A stretch of DNA of 64,000 nucleotides from Selaginella moellendorffii (taxonomy: Eukaryota; Plantae; Lycopodiophyta): positions 1,749,185-1,813,184 of the forward strand of contig NW_003314277.1 in NCBI RefSeq assembly GCF_000143415.4, written 5' to 3'. Of this stretch, positions 20,000 to 33,075 are shown one piece after another. Every line of letters starts with the position of its first letter. Within the stretch, counting starts at the first letter, position 1. The position numbers and the translations under genes were made by a program. The notes under the pieces are model-generated. The model worked only from the letters and a program-made list of their open reading frames with translations. It was not told the DNA's origin and searched no databases.

Positions 20000-22900
20000 A
20001 TGTCGACGAGCGTCCCAGTGGCGCTCGCGAGCGCCATGAGGACAATGCCAGCGCCTGCGATGCCTGGAGTGATCGATGCGTTGCTGCTGGTGACTGGAGC
20101 GTCGTCATCGGTGGTGTTTCGCGATCTCCTGAGGATTCTCGAGCTCCAGGTAATTCAGGTTGATTTTTGGGCTAAATCTCTTTGTTTCATGGGCAGGAGA
20201 TTATAGAGCTCTTCGAAGCTTTCAAGGCAGCGGCGCTACATCTCTTGTTGTTGTCAGGTACGATTGATCGTATTCTGGAAATATTTCTTTGTTCATGTGT
20301 TCTTACTATCCAGAAGATGCTTCAGACGTTCTCGATGAATTGGTTCGTGCCGTGTGTCTTCCATTGCTTTCCACAGATTCTACAAAGGTTCTCATTGTTT
20401 AGTGTTTTCACTGGTTGTTCACTCCCTCGTTTTTTTTTCTTCAGGGATCTCGACTTTTCGCTGAAGCGATTGCTATAAAGTGTAACTGGGACTATGCCTT
20501 AGCTACATTGGTTCCAAGTTGCTTACGAGCTATGTCCGCTGCTCTAGATGGAAAAGAAGCCGTGGTGAATGGTGCCCAGGTTGTTCTATCTTTGCCAGCC
20601 ACTTGCCAGGTCGTGAGTCAGCTTCTCCTCGTTGCGAGCGACGTGACGATCAGCGATTTTTGTGCGAGCATGATTGATCAGTTTTGGTCTCCATGTCTCC
20701 GGTTATTGTCGGAGTCTATGGACGACTCACTCCGAAGCTTGGTCTTGCAAACATTACTGCCTTCACTTTTGAGAGCCTGCAAACTCTGTCAGCTGAAAAG
20801 GTATCTGTCTTGTTTTCTCCTTCATAACTTACAAGGTTATTCTTCTGCAGTGGCCTGGACAATGTTTGGCAATGCTGTCAAGTTTTGCTCTCTTCGAACA
20901 AGTCCCAGCGCCGGGACGCATACAGAATTCTTAGCATGATTGATGACTTCGGGGACTTGGGAATAAGGGAACCACAAATTTGGGACGAACTTCGCGCTGG
21001 ACTTGTACGTAATAACGAGCTTTCGTATTATGATTCAACTCTTTGGCATTCTTCAGATAGATGGCGATTCTCTGACAAGGAAAAGAGCACTACACGTGCT
21101 GAAGCATTTCTTGAAGTCCGTTAAGGTTCTGATGGGCAACAATAGCACTGCAGAGTCTGTGGAAGCATCCCGAAAAAATGGCTCAAAACGTGAACAATGG
21201 GCCAATGAAGAAGCGAAATCTTTAGGAGTGGAGTCCTGGAGCTCAGAAGTGTTGCTCATGAGTGAATGTCAACAATGGACATCCTTTCTTCTCCTGTATG
21301 ACACACTTGAAGAGTATGGTATTCATCTTGTCGAGGCTGCATGGGAAAAGCAGGTAATTTTATCATGCTTTGATCCAGTTCTCTGTGGTAATTTTGAGTG
21401 TTCTAGATAATTGCGCTCGTACAAAGTGTTTCTATCGAGGAGAAAAATCTTGTTAAACGTTTGGATTCACCATGGATTTTACTGCTTTTCGAGCGTGGAT
21501 TTAAGCATGGAAACCCGCAAGGTGAAATCTTATATACATGTTTCTTGGGGATAATCTTTTGGCTTTTGTAGTGAGACGGCATGTTTTTCAATCCTTTTTC
21601 AAAATAGAATGGGGCACGAAAATCAGCATTTCTCGTGAGTTTGTTCTTGGGCCTTTACTGTGTGCACTAAATGATCCGGTGCACCACAAAGATTTTGGTA
21701 AACATAATTCTTTAAATTTTTTCTTGATTTTACTATTATATATTGCAGGTGTAAATGGTATTTATATATCAAACACTGGAAAGCTAGCGAACCAATTTTT
21801 TAGATTCTATACCTCTTCGATGAATTTTAAGTATGTCATTTTCTTACAACTAGATGAATTTACAATTCTAATTTTCTTTTCAGCACTCGAGTCAACTTTG
21901 TTATCAATTTTTGTGACACAATGATTAAGGAGCCTTTGTGTCGAGCCGGATTAATGACCCTCACTTCATGTGTAGAAGTTGTGGCTGCCACGGGTTTTGA
22001 CAATGCTTTGCTGCATGACTCCTGCGAGAGTACACGGTTGCTGGATTCTTTAAGATTCATAGTCGAAAGCTCCAAGCATCATTTCAATCCACGATACCGT
22101 TGCCAAGGTACACTTTGTGTTTACAGTTTGTGTTGGACTTACGTTGGTGCAGTATGTAGTTATGCTCTTAAAGCGCTAAGCAGTCTATTCTCCATTACGG
22201 TGCTGGATTTTGGCTTGCTATCAATTTTTCTGGGGTCATTCCCTCGTGAATTTCTCGCCTCGGCAGGTGGTATACCAATTTTGATTCTTTATAGCTCATC
22301 ATAATTAATATTCATAATTCTATAGGACCACTTCGTTCCAGTTTTGATCACTGGCTAAAGCGCTCCGGTGAGAAGGGACCAGAGCACATATTTGATGGGC
22401 TCCAATCTCAACTCGTGGCATTTCTAAAATGTCCTGATAGTAAAGAGCAGTCATATACTATCACCGAAGGTGATATCGACTCTTGGCGGGAGATTGCTGA
22501 CAGATGGGCCAGAGTTCTGTTTATTGGAGTTCATACTGAGCAATATCAAGCTGAACTGCTGCTGGTTTGTCACATTTTACTCCATACCTTCGCTAATTTT
22601 CTTTCTCTTTTAAATTTTGTTTGCATGACAGCTACTGGAACAGTATGCCGCGGATATCTATGGTCGGGTGTACATGCCTGTAACAGTACCAGAAAAGGTT
22701 CTCCTAGTTCTTCAAAGCCTTATCAGAGAATGGGCAATTTCTGCGACTGGTTCATTCTTACAAGCTCGCCTGACGAACCTTTTTCGGAACATAATGGTAA
22801 CATGTTTTCTCTATAACAATGATTAACATAATGCTTGCAGGGAGAATTAGTACCCTACGCAGAGAAATCCGCTGTCGCATTGTGGGAGTTTGAATTGGAC

Positions 22901-25900
22901 AGTTCAATGCAATTAGCAGCAGCTAGTGGAAGATTAGGCGGTCCAAGTCTGCGACGGTTGCCACCTCGGGCTGCTTTGGTTGTGGTTAAAGCGGTAAGTC
23001 CGCGCTGTGGTTCGTCCTCGTGTTTCATTGGTAACATTTCACAAACAGGTGTTGGCTGTGGAGACGCTTGCTGAATGCTCGGTTTGGATTTCTGTGAACG
23101 ATCCTAGGGGCCTCCAGGACTCCACTGGAAAGTTTTTGTGGAAACTTTCGTGGAAACTCTTAGAAGCTTACAACGTGCAGGAGGACGTATGTTTCCTGTT
23201 TCGCTAATGCTTAAGGGACTGACTCTACTGGTTGATATTGGCAGTTGCGAGGAGAATTTCAGCTAGCCGGGCTGGAGGCTGTAGCATCTCTTTGTAAAGC
23301 CTTGCCTGTTGCAAACAACAAGAGAATGATTCATAATGCGATTGAAGAAGGCCTTGCAGAAAGTTGTTCGGATCCTGCACTGTTTGTGGACAATCTAGTG
23401 GCAAAGCTGCTTAAAGCCTTCGAAGATACAAAAGTGAGGCTGACCAGAAGTCGATGCGCTGTTTTAAGCCGCCACAAGGTAACTGGCTAATTCATACTAT
23501 CTAATTTAGCGTCCCGTTTTTTCTGCAGTGGTCTTGCCTAGATGGATTTCTTTCTCTTAAGAACTTAGGAGACGACATCAAAATCATGAGTGCTATTTCT
23601 GAACTTACTCTTCTTAGGATAATACAGGATGCTCTGGAAAGGTAATTGTTCTGGTTTCATCTTGGTATTGTAAGTGTTCTATTTATCTTTTAGCATTGCA
23701 AGCGCTGGTGAAGACTACGTGATACCAATCTTTAGGTGTGTCCGATGGCTCTTTCACTGGGGTTTACTGGATTTGCAAGAAGATCCGCACCAGGTACATT
23801 GATCCTTCGACTATTCGCACTTACAAAATTCTCTCTATATTCAGGTGGTGTGGGAGCTTGTTCGCTCCGGGTGGACCTGTATTGCAGATTGTAATAAGCG
23901 GAAAGTAGCTCTTTTTGCAGCATTTTTGTCATCTTTCTTCCATCCAAGGCTTTTCCCAATTGCTGATATGCACAACACAAATGACAATGAAGAGGGACCT
24001 CTAAAATGGGTAACAATATATCTCCTTCATATGCTGATTGACGATTTCTGTAGCTTCTAGGGAGGCTGATCGAACTCGGATCTCGTAGTCCTCGCACGAT
24101 GCGTCTTACAGCCTTACATGTGAGTGGGCTTTGGTTGAAATTTCCAGAAACTACAACCTTCTACATGAAAGAGATACAATTCATGTGTTTGTATGGTGGA
24201 GGTAAGAGTCATTTTACGTGTTGGCATGCCTGCATTACAGTCCATTTGGGAATTCAGAAGCCATAGACGAAGAGTTCGATGGTGAAATTTTCGACAAAGA
24301 GCCGTCATCGCGAGAATTTTCTGCGTTGATACAAAGCTCCGATCCGGAATTACAAGAGGTGACAACCACTATCTTTATGATGGTTTTTTAAATATTCGCT
24401 ATGTTTTGTAGGCCTTTTCGAACTCTGAAATGTTTGTCCGAGTTGCTATAGCTATAATGATGGATAAGTTTGCGCAGCTGGTTGAGAAGGGAGCAACACA
24501 TAGTTATGAACTTAGGATCCCCATTCCAGCAGTACTAAATTGTGGCCGAAGCTTGTTGTTTCAACTTTTAAATGCTGCTGTATACCATTTATTTCGCTGT
24601 CTGGATGGGCATAACACTTTCTTTTAGGTACATGATTTGGACTTGGCAAAGGAGCTCTACAAAAAAAACAGTGCAGTAAGCTATTTGATGTCAATCTGGC
24701 AAACTATAATCTCGTGTTTCTTTTTAGCTCCACAGGCGAAAAGTGAGGCTCTGGCAGATGTTGTGCATATTAACACGCTTTGTCGATGAATCCATGCTGG
24801 AGGACGTGATTTTACGTCTGGAACAATGCGTGTATGTAAGTAATGTGGTTGTGATTAGAACTTTAGTGACATTTCGTCCTTTTTTCTTCCCAGAGGAATA
24901 ATATGCCCTCGGTGCGGCAGTACATAGAGATATTTGCTGTTCAACTCTATCTGCGTTTTCCGGCACTTGTAAGCGACGCATAACTTCACTTTAGTTGCTA
25001 AATTTTCTGTTTATTGCTGTTGAAGGTGAAGGAGCATTTAGCTCGTCTTCTTTCTGATGTGAACATGAAAACCCAGGTATTTGGATCTACCATTGTGGCC
25101 TCTAAAACACGGCATTTGTTCTGTAGGCATTATCTTCATATGTGTACATAGCAGCGAATGTTTTAAGGTTCATATCTCCAGAGCACAAGGAGGCCGTTTT
25201 GCAGCATTTGCTACCCGTTGTTCTACCTCACATGACAAGCCATCATCATAACCTGCGTACTTTCACACAGGCATGCACACGTTGTACAGCCTTCAAAACA
25301 TTTTCTGTGTGCTTTCAGGTTCTCTTTTTCCATGTTTTCTCTATTTATCGGAACAATCCAGTGTTGAGCGAAAAATTGGGATCGTCATGTTTGACTAAAA
25401 TCTCTTCCTATTTGGAGACGAATACGGACTGCACAAGGCTTGTTTTCCTAGTCTTTAAAGCATATATGACTGCTAATGGTACAATTTTTAGGCTGCGGGA
25501 GTCCGTGGACCAATTTCTTTTTAAGCTTGAGCCTTCTGCAGCTTCCAAACCCAGGGGCCTTTTCTGTAACACGGCAGATGACGGGACGAAAGTACGAATC
25601 CTGTTTTATTTATTTATTCAAGTGTCTAATTATTGTTGCAGATATTGGAAGACCGACCTTTTGAATGCGTCCCCGTAGCCGTGCTAGATAAGGTTGCGGA
25701 GCTCCTCAAAGTAGGTATTAGTAGTTTGTTTGAACATCGTTTTGACGTTGTCTTTACAGGAGACAAGGGAGGAGTTACGAGGGTCTATGGCCGCTAACGC
25801 AGTTTATCTGAACTTCGGAGATGAGAAAATTGACGACAAGATTGAAACTAGTCGCGGAGATTACCAAAAGAAAGTCATTCCTTACAAGGATAAGGCAGAG

Positions 25901-26676
25901 GATGCAGAAGCTCGTTTGACAGGTACTTTTCCTCTGAGTTTCAAGTAACTAAGCATGTATCTTTAGATGTGGAGTATGAAGACAGTTTGCTCTTCTCTCT
26001 GATTGACAAGAAGGGCAGGGAACTTGCAAAAGCTTATGAAGGGCGTCAAGATCTGATAGTTGTAGCGTCTTTAGTCGAACGAATTCCCAACTTGGCAGGC
26101 TTAGCTCGAACCTGTGAGGTAAGTGTAAAACTGTACCTTGCAGTCTTGCCGCTTAGCCGTTTCACAGGTGTTTAAAGCCTCTGCACTTACCGTAGCTGAC
26201 AAGAAAATACTCGAAGACAGACAGTTTAAGTTGATCAGGTATGTCTCGGTCGTGAATATTTTCTTTTAAGCACCTGTATTCTCGAAACTTGTCAGTGTAA
26301 CGGCCGAACAGTGGGTTCCAATCCTGGAAGTAAAGGAAGGGGCTCTAATACGATATTTAGAACGAATGAAAGATGAAGGTTACGCTGTACTGGGACTGGA
26401 GCAAACGGCTAATAGTGTTGCTGTGAACAACTATTCCTTCCCTTCGAGAGTCGTAAGTGATTTTTCCTCGGTGCTGTTGTATACTGAACGTACCTATAGG
26501 TCCTAGTTCTGGGGCGAGAAAAGGATGGGATTCCCGTGAATTTAATCCAAACACTAGATGCTTGTCTCGAAATCCCGCAGCTAGGAATGATTCGCTCGTT
26601 GAACGTTCATGTAAGTGGAGCTATTGCCGTTTGGGAATATACAAAGCAGCATCTCCAAGGCGGTCCGGGCCTATGA
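20000..26676 (+). CDS. tRNA (guanosine-2'-O)-methyltransferase TRM3/TARBP1-like (long helical N-terminus + SpoU domain), many exons
   Basis: C-terminal SpoU domain [67 protein letters not shown]; upstream [19 protein letters not shown] and [14 protein letters not shown]. Confidence 0.9.
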
Positions 26677-27138
26677 TATGTGAGTAATCGCTCGTTTATT
26701 TCCTCGAAGCACCAGCGGCTTTCAAATCGATCCTTGCTGACAGTTTTCTCAGCAGGTCCACCACCTTTTTCGGGCGAAGGCAAGTGCCTTGTCCCTGGTG
26801 ACCATTTTGCTTGTCCTTGGAATCTTCCACTTTTTCTTTGTTTTGGAGCGTAAAGCTTGCGTCTTTTGCAGGAATTTCCTCTTTCTCGCGGACCATGCGG
26901 AATATTTACCACCTTTTGAGCTAGCAGGCTCGGAAATGTTGATGAATCAAACGACAGATTAAAATACTGCTGCTATTCCACTACCTCTTTCGTGAGTGCA
27001 CCATTTATGTTCGAAGAATTTCACACCACAGGATCACTCGTTGTCCTCGCCAGCATTTAACGCGTCACTTGACTTACATCCTTGCCTCCAGATCCAGGTG
27101 CCTCTCCCGGTCGGTCTCTCCACGCAACGCTCCACACC

Positions 27139-28686
27139 ATGCTCCACACTCGAGAGCCAGAGAAGAAACTCCCACTCTACTTCGACGATATTTCCAGGTG
27201 TAGAACTGATGGACGCGAGCAGAAGATAGCACTGTGCAGCCTCGACGGTACTTTGATCAGATCGACTTATCCATTTGCGTACTTCATGCTCTTGGCATTC
27301 GAATCAGGTTCTCTAGCCCGGGCATTCATGCTCCTAGCTGCATTCCCAGTTTCCTTACTGCTTAGATTCCTGGTATCTAACGAGGCAGCCATGCAGATGC
27401 TGGTTTTTATCACCTTCTCCGGGCTCAAGGCTTCCACTGTAGAGTTCCTGTCCAAGGCCGTGCTCGCGAAGTCCTACTTTCGCGACATGAACCCGCGGAC
27501 ACTCTCGGCACTGGTTTCTTTCGGGAAGAAGTACATGGTCACGGCAGCTCCCAGGATCATGGTGGAGCCATTTCTGAAAGAGTATCTCGGGGTTGAGTCC
27601 GTGGTTGGGACCGAGCTCCAAGTTCTAAGCAACGGTTACTGCACTGGACTCATTCAATCCGGAAGCCTGCTGCTCAGCGGGAGAAGGAAGCTGGAAGCTT
27701 TAAAAAACTTCTTTGAAACGATCCACGTCTCATGCCCCGACACTGGATTCGGCAGCAGCGACTCGGATTATCCATTCATGTCTTGGTGCAAGGTGAAAGC
27801 TCTTGTCTTTCTCGTGTTCTAACTCTCTTCTCCACAGGAAGCCTACAAAGCCATCCAGAAGAGTGAAGAGATCGTCCTCCCTTCCTCGGCTCAAGAACGC
27901 ATCAAACCTCTCGTCTTCCACGACGGCCGCCTGGCAGTCCTCCCGACTCCAGCAATGGCTCTCGCCATTTTCCTGTGGACACCTCTCGCCATCGTCCTGG
28001 CACTGCTCCGGATCCTCGTCCCGCACACACCATACAGCGTGATGCTCCCCCTGGCGGCGCTCCTCGGCATCAAACTCCGCATCAAAGGCTCATTCCCACC
28101 GAAGGATCCCGCAGCTCCAGGGAAGCTCCTCTTCGCCAGCTCTCACAGGACACTCCTCGACCCCGTGGTTCTCTCGGGGGTTCTCGGCCGGGAAGTGACG
28201 GCCGTCACCTACAGCATCAGCCGGCTCTCGGAGCTCCTCTCCAGCATCAAGACGGTGCGCTTGAGCCGCAACCGAGCCAGTGACAGCCGAACGATGCGTC
28301 GCCTCCTCTCTAGCGAAGACGTGGTGGTGTGTCCGGAAGGGACGACTTGCCGGGAGCCATACTTGCTGAGGTTTAGTCCTTTGTTTGCCGAGGTCTCAGA
28401 CAACATCGTGCCTGTTGTGATGTATGCGGAGATGGGATTGTTCTATGGAACCACTGCTCGTGGCTGGAAATGGATGGATCCATTCTTCTTTTGCATGAAC
28501 GTCCAGCCATCCTACACTCTGGAGTTTCTCCAGGCTTTGCCAGATGAGAGGACGTGCGGGAGGGGCAAGAGAACGAGTGTGGAGGTGGCCAACTACGTGC
28601 AGGAGGAGCTTGCTAGAGCTTCTGGTCTTAAGCCCACTGCCCTTACTAGGAAAGATAAGTATCAGTTTCTAACATTTGTTCAGTAA
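27139..28686 (+). CDS. GPAT: Land-plant sn-2 glycerol-3-phosphate acyltransferase (HAD-like + PlsC domains); intron 27793-27837
   Basis: LDGTLIRS..FAYFML.AFESGS, PRIMVEPFLKEYLG, KPLVFHDGRLA..PTP, SHRTLLDP, VCPEGTTCREPYLLRFS.LFAE and TRKDKY. Confidence 0.92.
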
Positions 28687-28767
28687 ATGTATAAAAATTT
28701 ATTTAAAAACTTCAAATGATTTGCATGAAAGAATTTATTAATATAATAATAAAAAAAAATATAACAT

Positions 28768-31700
28768 TGTGAGTGCTTAGAATATGGAAAGGGAATGCAT
28801 CTCAATTAGCCCAAAAACCCTAACTTATATACAGGAGTGAGTGGTCTGGATTGAAATCAATTTGACGGCTACCAAAATCCCACTACACTAATATTAGTAT
28901 ACAGCATCATAATCATACACTTGGCCCTTATATTATCCCCTCCTCTTAGAATAATGGAAAACTATCAAAGTTTTCTTGTAGATAGGTTAGGATTTGGAGG
29001 AACATCAGAAGGAGGCATCAGTGGATCTATAGGTGGTATTAACGCTCTTAATCCCTTTGTATGAAGCGTTTCAACCGCTACACATGCACAATCTTTGGAA
29101 GATTAGCTTACTGAATGTCATGCCGAACTTCATAAAGTTGTGGTCCAACTTGCCACAACACTCAATATGGTCCTTTTCACTGCACAAGGAGCCCCTTAGA
29201 TAAACCACATACCATAAGATGGGGAAAACGAACTAACACTAAATCATCCACTTTGTACTCCATAGGTGGACAATAATGGGAGTTGTAGTGTCGTTGTTGT
29301 CCCACTTGTACATAGCCTAAGTGTTTGGCAGACTCTACTGGACAAGTGGAAGAATGCTCGTCAAATACTAATCCCATGACCTAGCATCGGCAATTCGTAG
29401 CAATTGCAAAGGTAAAACCAGCTCCATTAGTAATATTGGATTATGACCATATAGGAGTTTATATGGTGAAACACCAATAGAACTCTGCACCTTTATGACA
29501 TATACATACCGAAGAGATGGCAAATAACCATCTCAATCCGAATGCTAAAATTTCATATACTTTGCAATCATCCCTTTGAATGTTCGAACAAGCCGTTGCA
29601 CTAGATCGTTTGATTGTGGATGATAAGCACTCGTGAAAGTGTGGCGTATCCCTAACGAAGACGTCAAAACATGAAATGCCTCATCCATAAATGCGGGACC
29701 ATTATCCGAAAGAATCCGCTCTGGACAAGCATGCTGGAACACCACTTGATTAAGGAGGAAGTATCCAATAACAGTTGCAAAGGCACTAGCAAGAGAACCA
29801 ACTTCCACCTAACGAGTCAAGTAATCAAAAACAATAATAACATACTCATTGCCAGCAGTCGACCGTGGAAAAGGTCCCATAAGATCAAACGCCACCAACT
29901 TAAATGGATGGGAAACTGCAATTAACTCCAATTGTCCTTCCACAGCACAAAGGGGAATATTATGAGCTTGGCACCAAACGCATCTATGCACATACTAGAT
30001 AATATCATGTCGCATTTCTGGCTAATAGAAAGACCTATGCAGCTTCTCGGTTACACGACGATGTCCCATATGCCCACCTAGAATAGGAGAATCATAGTAG
30101 GCATGGAGAAACCGCAGAATAAAGACAGAAGGCACCACTAACCATAAATGATCATTAGGATCTGTCCCCACAAAATAAAGAAGGCCGTCTTCAAGGTGAT
30201 ATTGAGAATGTAAATGCCAAAAAGGCAAGTCATCAGCAAGTGATGTAGGATTCTAAAACCCATCTCGAAGCCTTTGAATTTATGGCTCAATCTTTTGAGC
30301 CTCACAAACTTCATGAAGAGAAGATAGATCTTGCTCTGTGCCTTGTAGACACTAAACGTCAAGTACAACAACCGCCGATAGTATAGAATCCTCGTCTAGA
30401 AAATCCATAGATGCTGGAACAACAAGCTCATCAAAAACATGAGAAGAGAATGGAGAAGGAATAGGAGCTCGAGAAAGGGCATCAGCATCAGCCATAGAAC
30501 TCTTTGGGCGATGAACAACATCAAAATCATATATATAAAGCTTCAAAGCCCATCGAGCAGTACGACCAACTAGGTTCTTCCGCTTCAATAATGAAGTAAC
30601 AGCAGCATGGTCACCTTCAAGTAACGTCCGAGAACCATGTAGATATGCATGAAGTTTCTCGAAACCCCAAACTATTGCTAAACACTCTTTCTTTGTCGTG
30701 GAGTAGTTCATCTCCGCTGGTTGTAATGTATGGCTTATATACGCAATGGGATGGTGCTGATTAGGCACACTCGAGCTCTCTTGCATCAACACACCTCCAA
30801 GACCAATGTTAGAAGCATCCATACGCAAAATAAAAGGTCGAGTATAGTTAGGATATATCAAAACCAGAGGAGTCGTCAATAGCACTTTGAGATCCACGAA
30901 TGCCCACTCACAATCCGGAGACCAGATGAAAGATGACGTTGATGACTTCAGCAATGCTCGCAACGGTGCAATGCGATCAGAAAGATGATTCACAAAAGAT
31001 AGAGATACTACACCTTGCCCAAGAAGCGCTACACATCATTCACACACTTTGGAGTAGGGAACTTTAGAACAGCCACAAGTTTGTCAGGATCAACTTGCAA
31101 ACCCTTACGAGAAACACAATACCCAAGATAAATTGTGTCCTTGGACCCAAACACGCACTTCGACTGCTTCAGCTTTAAACCAACGTCGTGTAGCTGATTC
31201 AACACTTTACAAACATCATGAACGTGCTCCTCCCATGTCCCCTCTGAGTGGATCAAGACATCATCAATGAAGTTAGCTGTCACCTCTGGCATATCACAAA
31301 GAACCTCGTTCATCATCCGTTAGAAAGTTGAGGTCCGCCTTATCCCGTGCACATGCATATGTATAGCTGTTGCTATAAAGAATGAAAATTGGTTCCACCG
31401 CATGACGCAAATATAGATGGCAATGTGTGGCAATAAGTCAAGCAATAGAAGATAAACTCGAACCTGTATCAACCAACACGGAGAGAATAATATAAGACCT
31501 CTTGTTATAAAAACGAGTTTGGAAAGTAAACACTAGATGAACTGGTACTGAGTATCATCAAAAGAAAGATGGAGGAGTCACTGACTTATTCGCGCAAGGT
31601 CCCTCCATTACTCGTGCGACTCCTCATTTCCCGGATGCATCTCGGTGTCCAAAACTTCCACTGTAGCAGCACCAACAGGAGATTGCTGACGCTAAGGTTT

Positions 31701-32867
31701 CCACCCAGGAAATGGAAGTCGCCAATCTGGAAAACACCAACAACGTCAATAAGTATAACCAACTTTATCACACACCCAACAGCGAATATCACAGCCACAG
31801 CCATGACTACGTCCTTGCCCTTGTCCTTGGACTCGAGCAGCAATAGTATCAACCTCCATTGGAACAAGACCATCACCCATAGAAAGTGGAGCTGAAGGAT
31901 GTGCAGTGAGAAGTGGAAGAGGCGATGTCTCATAATATTGTGCCAAGCAAAGAGTATCGTCAAGGGTGGCGAGAGCAAGTGCATGCACAAGTCTGACAAG
32001 ATCTTAACAAAGTGCTGGCCACAACATTCCTAGCTTGATCCGCTTTGATATATTTGGCTTCGCACGAAGCAAAAGACTTCAGAAAAAAATGCCAAATTGC
32101 ATCACCAACTCAAATGGCCCTTGGCGAAGATGATGCAATTGTTGGAAGGCATAATCACAATCATTGGCATGTCTAAAGGTGCGTTTGAAGACATCCGGGA
32201 GAACACTCCAATCCCCACGGGTGGCTGCACTCAAACCATTGTACCACTACAATGCCATCCCTTGGAGACACGTAGGAAACTCATGCAAACGTCAAGTATC
32301 ATCTCAAGAATGATATGTAGCAATCACCATGAAGTGATTGAACCAATGATACATATCATCCCTAGGATTCCAGCGAAAAAACTCCGGCCAAATGCAAGGA
32401 TTGGCACCAAGAGCAGGAGGAGTTGTACCACGTGTTGTGAACGCTGCCATCAACTGAGTTTGGTTATTCAATTGCAAGTGCGTAGCATCAAGCAATTATA
32501 CCAATTGTTGCTCCAGAGTCAAAGGAGGAGATTGCTGATCTGCCATGAAAATGAACAAAAAAAAAGAGTAAAAGAAGAGAAATGACAAAAAGCTAGAAGG
32601 AAATGGTAGATCTAGATAATGCAAAAAGTTAGATCTAAACCAAAATCCCAAATCCAAGCACTCCTCAGGGACAATCAAAGGTTCCCCTCATCTCCACCAA
32701 TGTGAGTGCTTAGAATATGGAAAGGGAATGTGCATCCCAATTAGCCCAAAAACCCTACCTTATATACAGGAGCAAGTGGTCCAGATTAAAACCAATTTGA
32801 TGGCTACCAAAATCCCACTACGCTAATATTAGTATATGGCATTGTAGCCATACACTTGGCCCTCACA
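28768..32867 (-). mobile_element. Ty3/gypsy LTR retrotransposon with ~165-bp LTRs and tRNA-Ala PBS; decayed, with an internal deletion
   Basis: Direct repeats 28768-28932 and 32701-32867; PBS 32684-32699; PPT ~28933-28947; minus-strand gag knuckle remnant, protease (LVDTGS), RT (FIDDVLIHS), RNase H (DASNIGLGGVL) and integrase (ILSDNG, SAYHPQSN) fragments. Confidence 0.9.
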
Positions 32868-33075
32868 ATATGAAAATAATATTAATATATATAAATTTTG
32901 TTAAAAAAAGTGTAAATAATTGAGTAAAATATTTCTATTCTACTGTTAAAATATTTTAAGGCATAACCAAATATTTGAGGAATTCCATTATTCCATTTTT
33001 ACAATTTAAAAACTATATTTAAACATTATGATAAAAAAGTATCTGACAATAAAATAATATATTTATAATACATAT

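Noticed and set aside
26696-26896. 66-aa Lys/Glu-rich minus-strand ORF between TRM3 and GPAT
   Set aside because: No recognisable homology and it overlaps the likely TRM3 3' UTR; cannot be supported without expression data.
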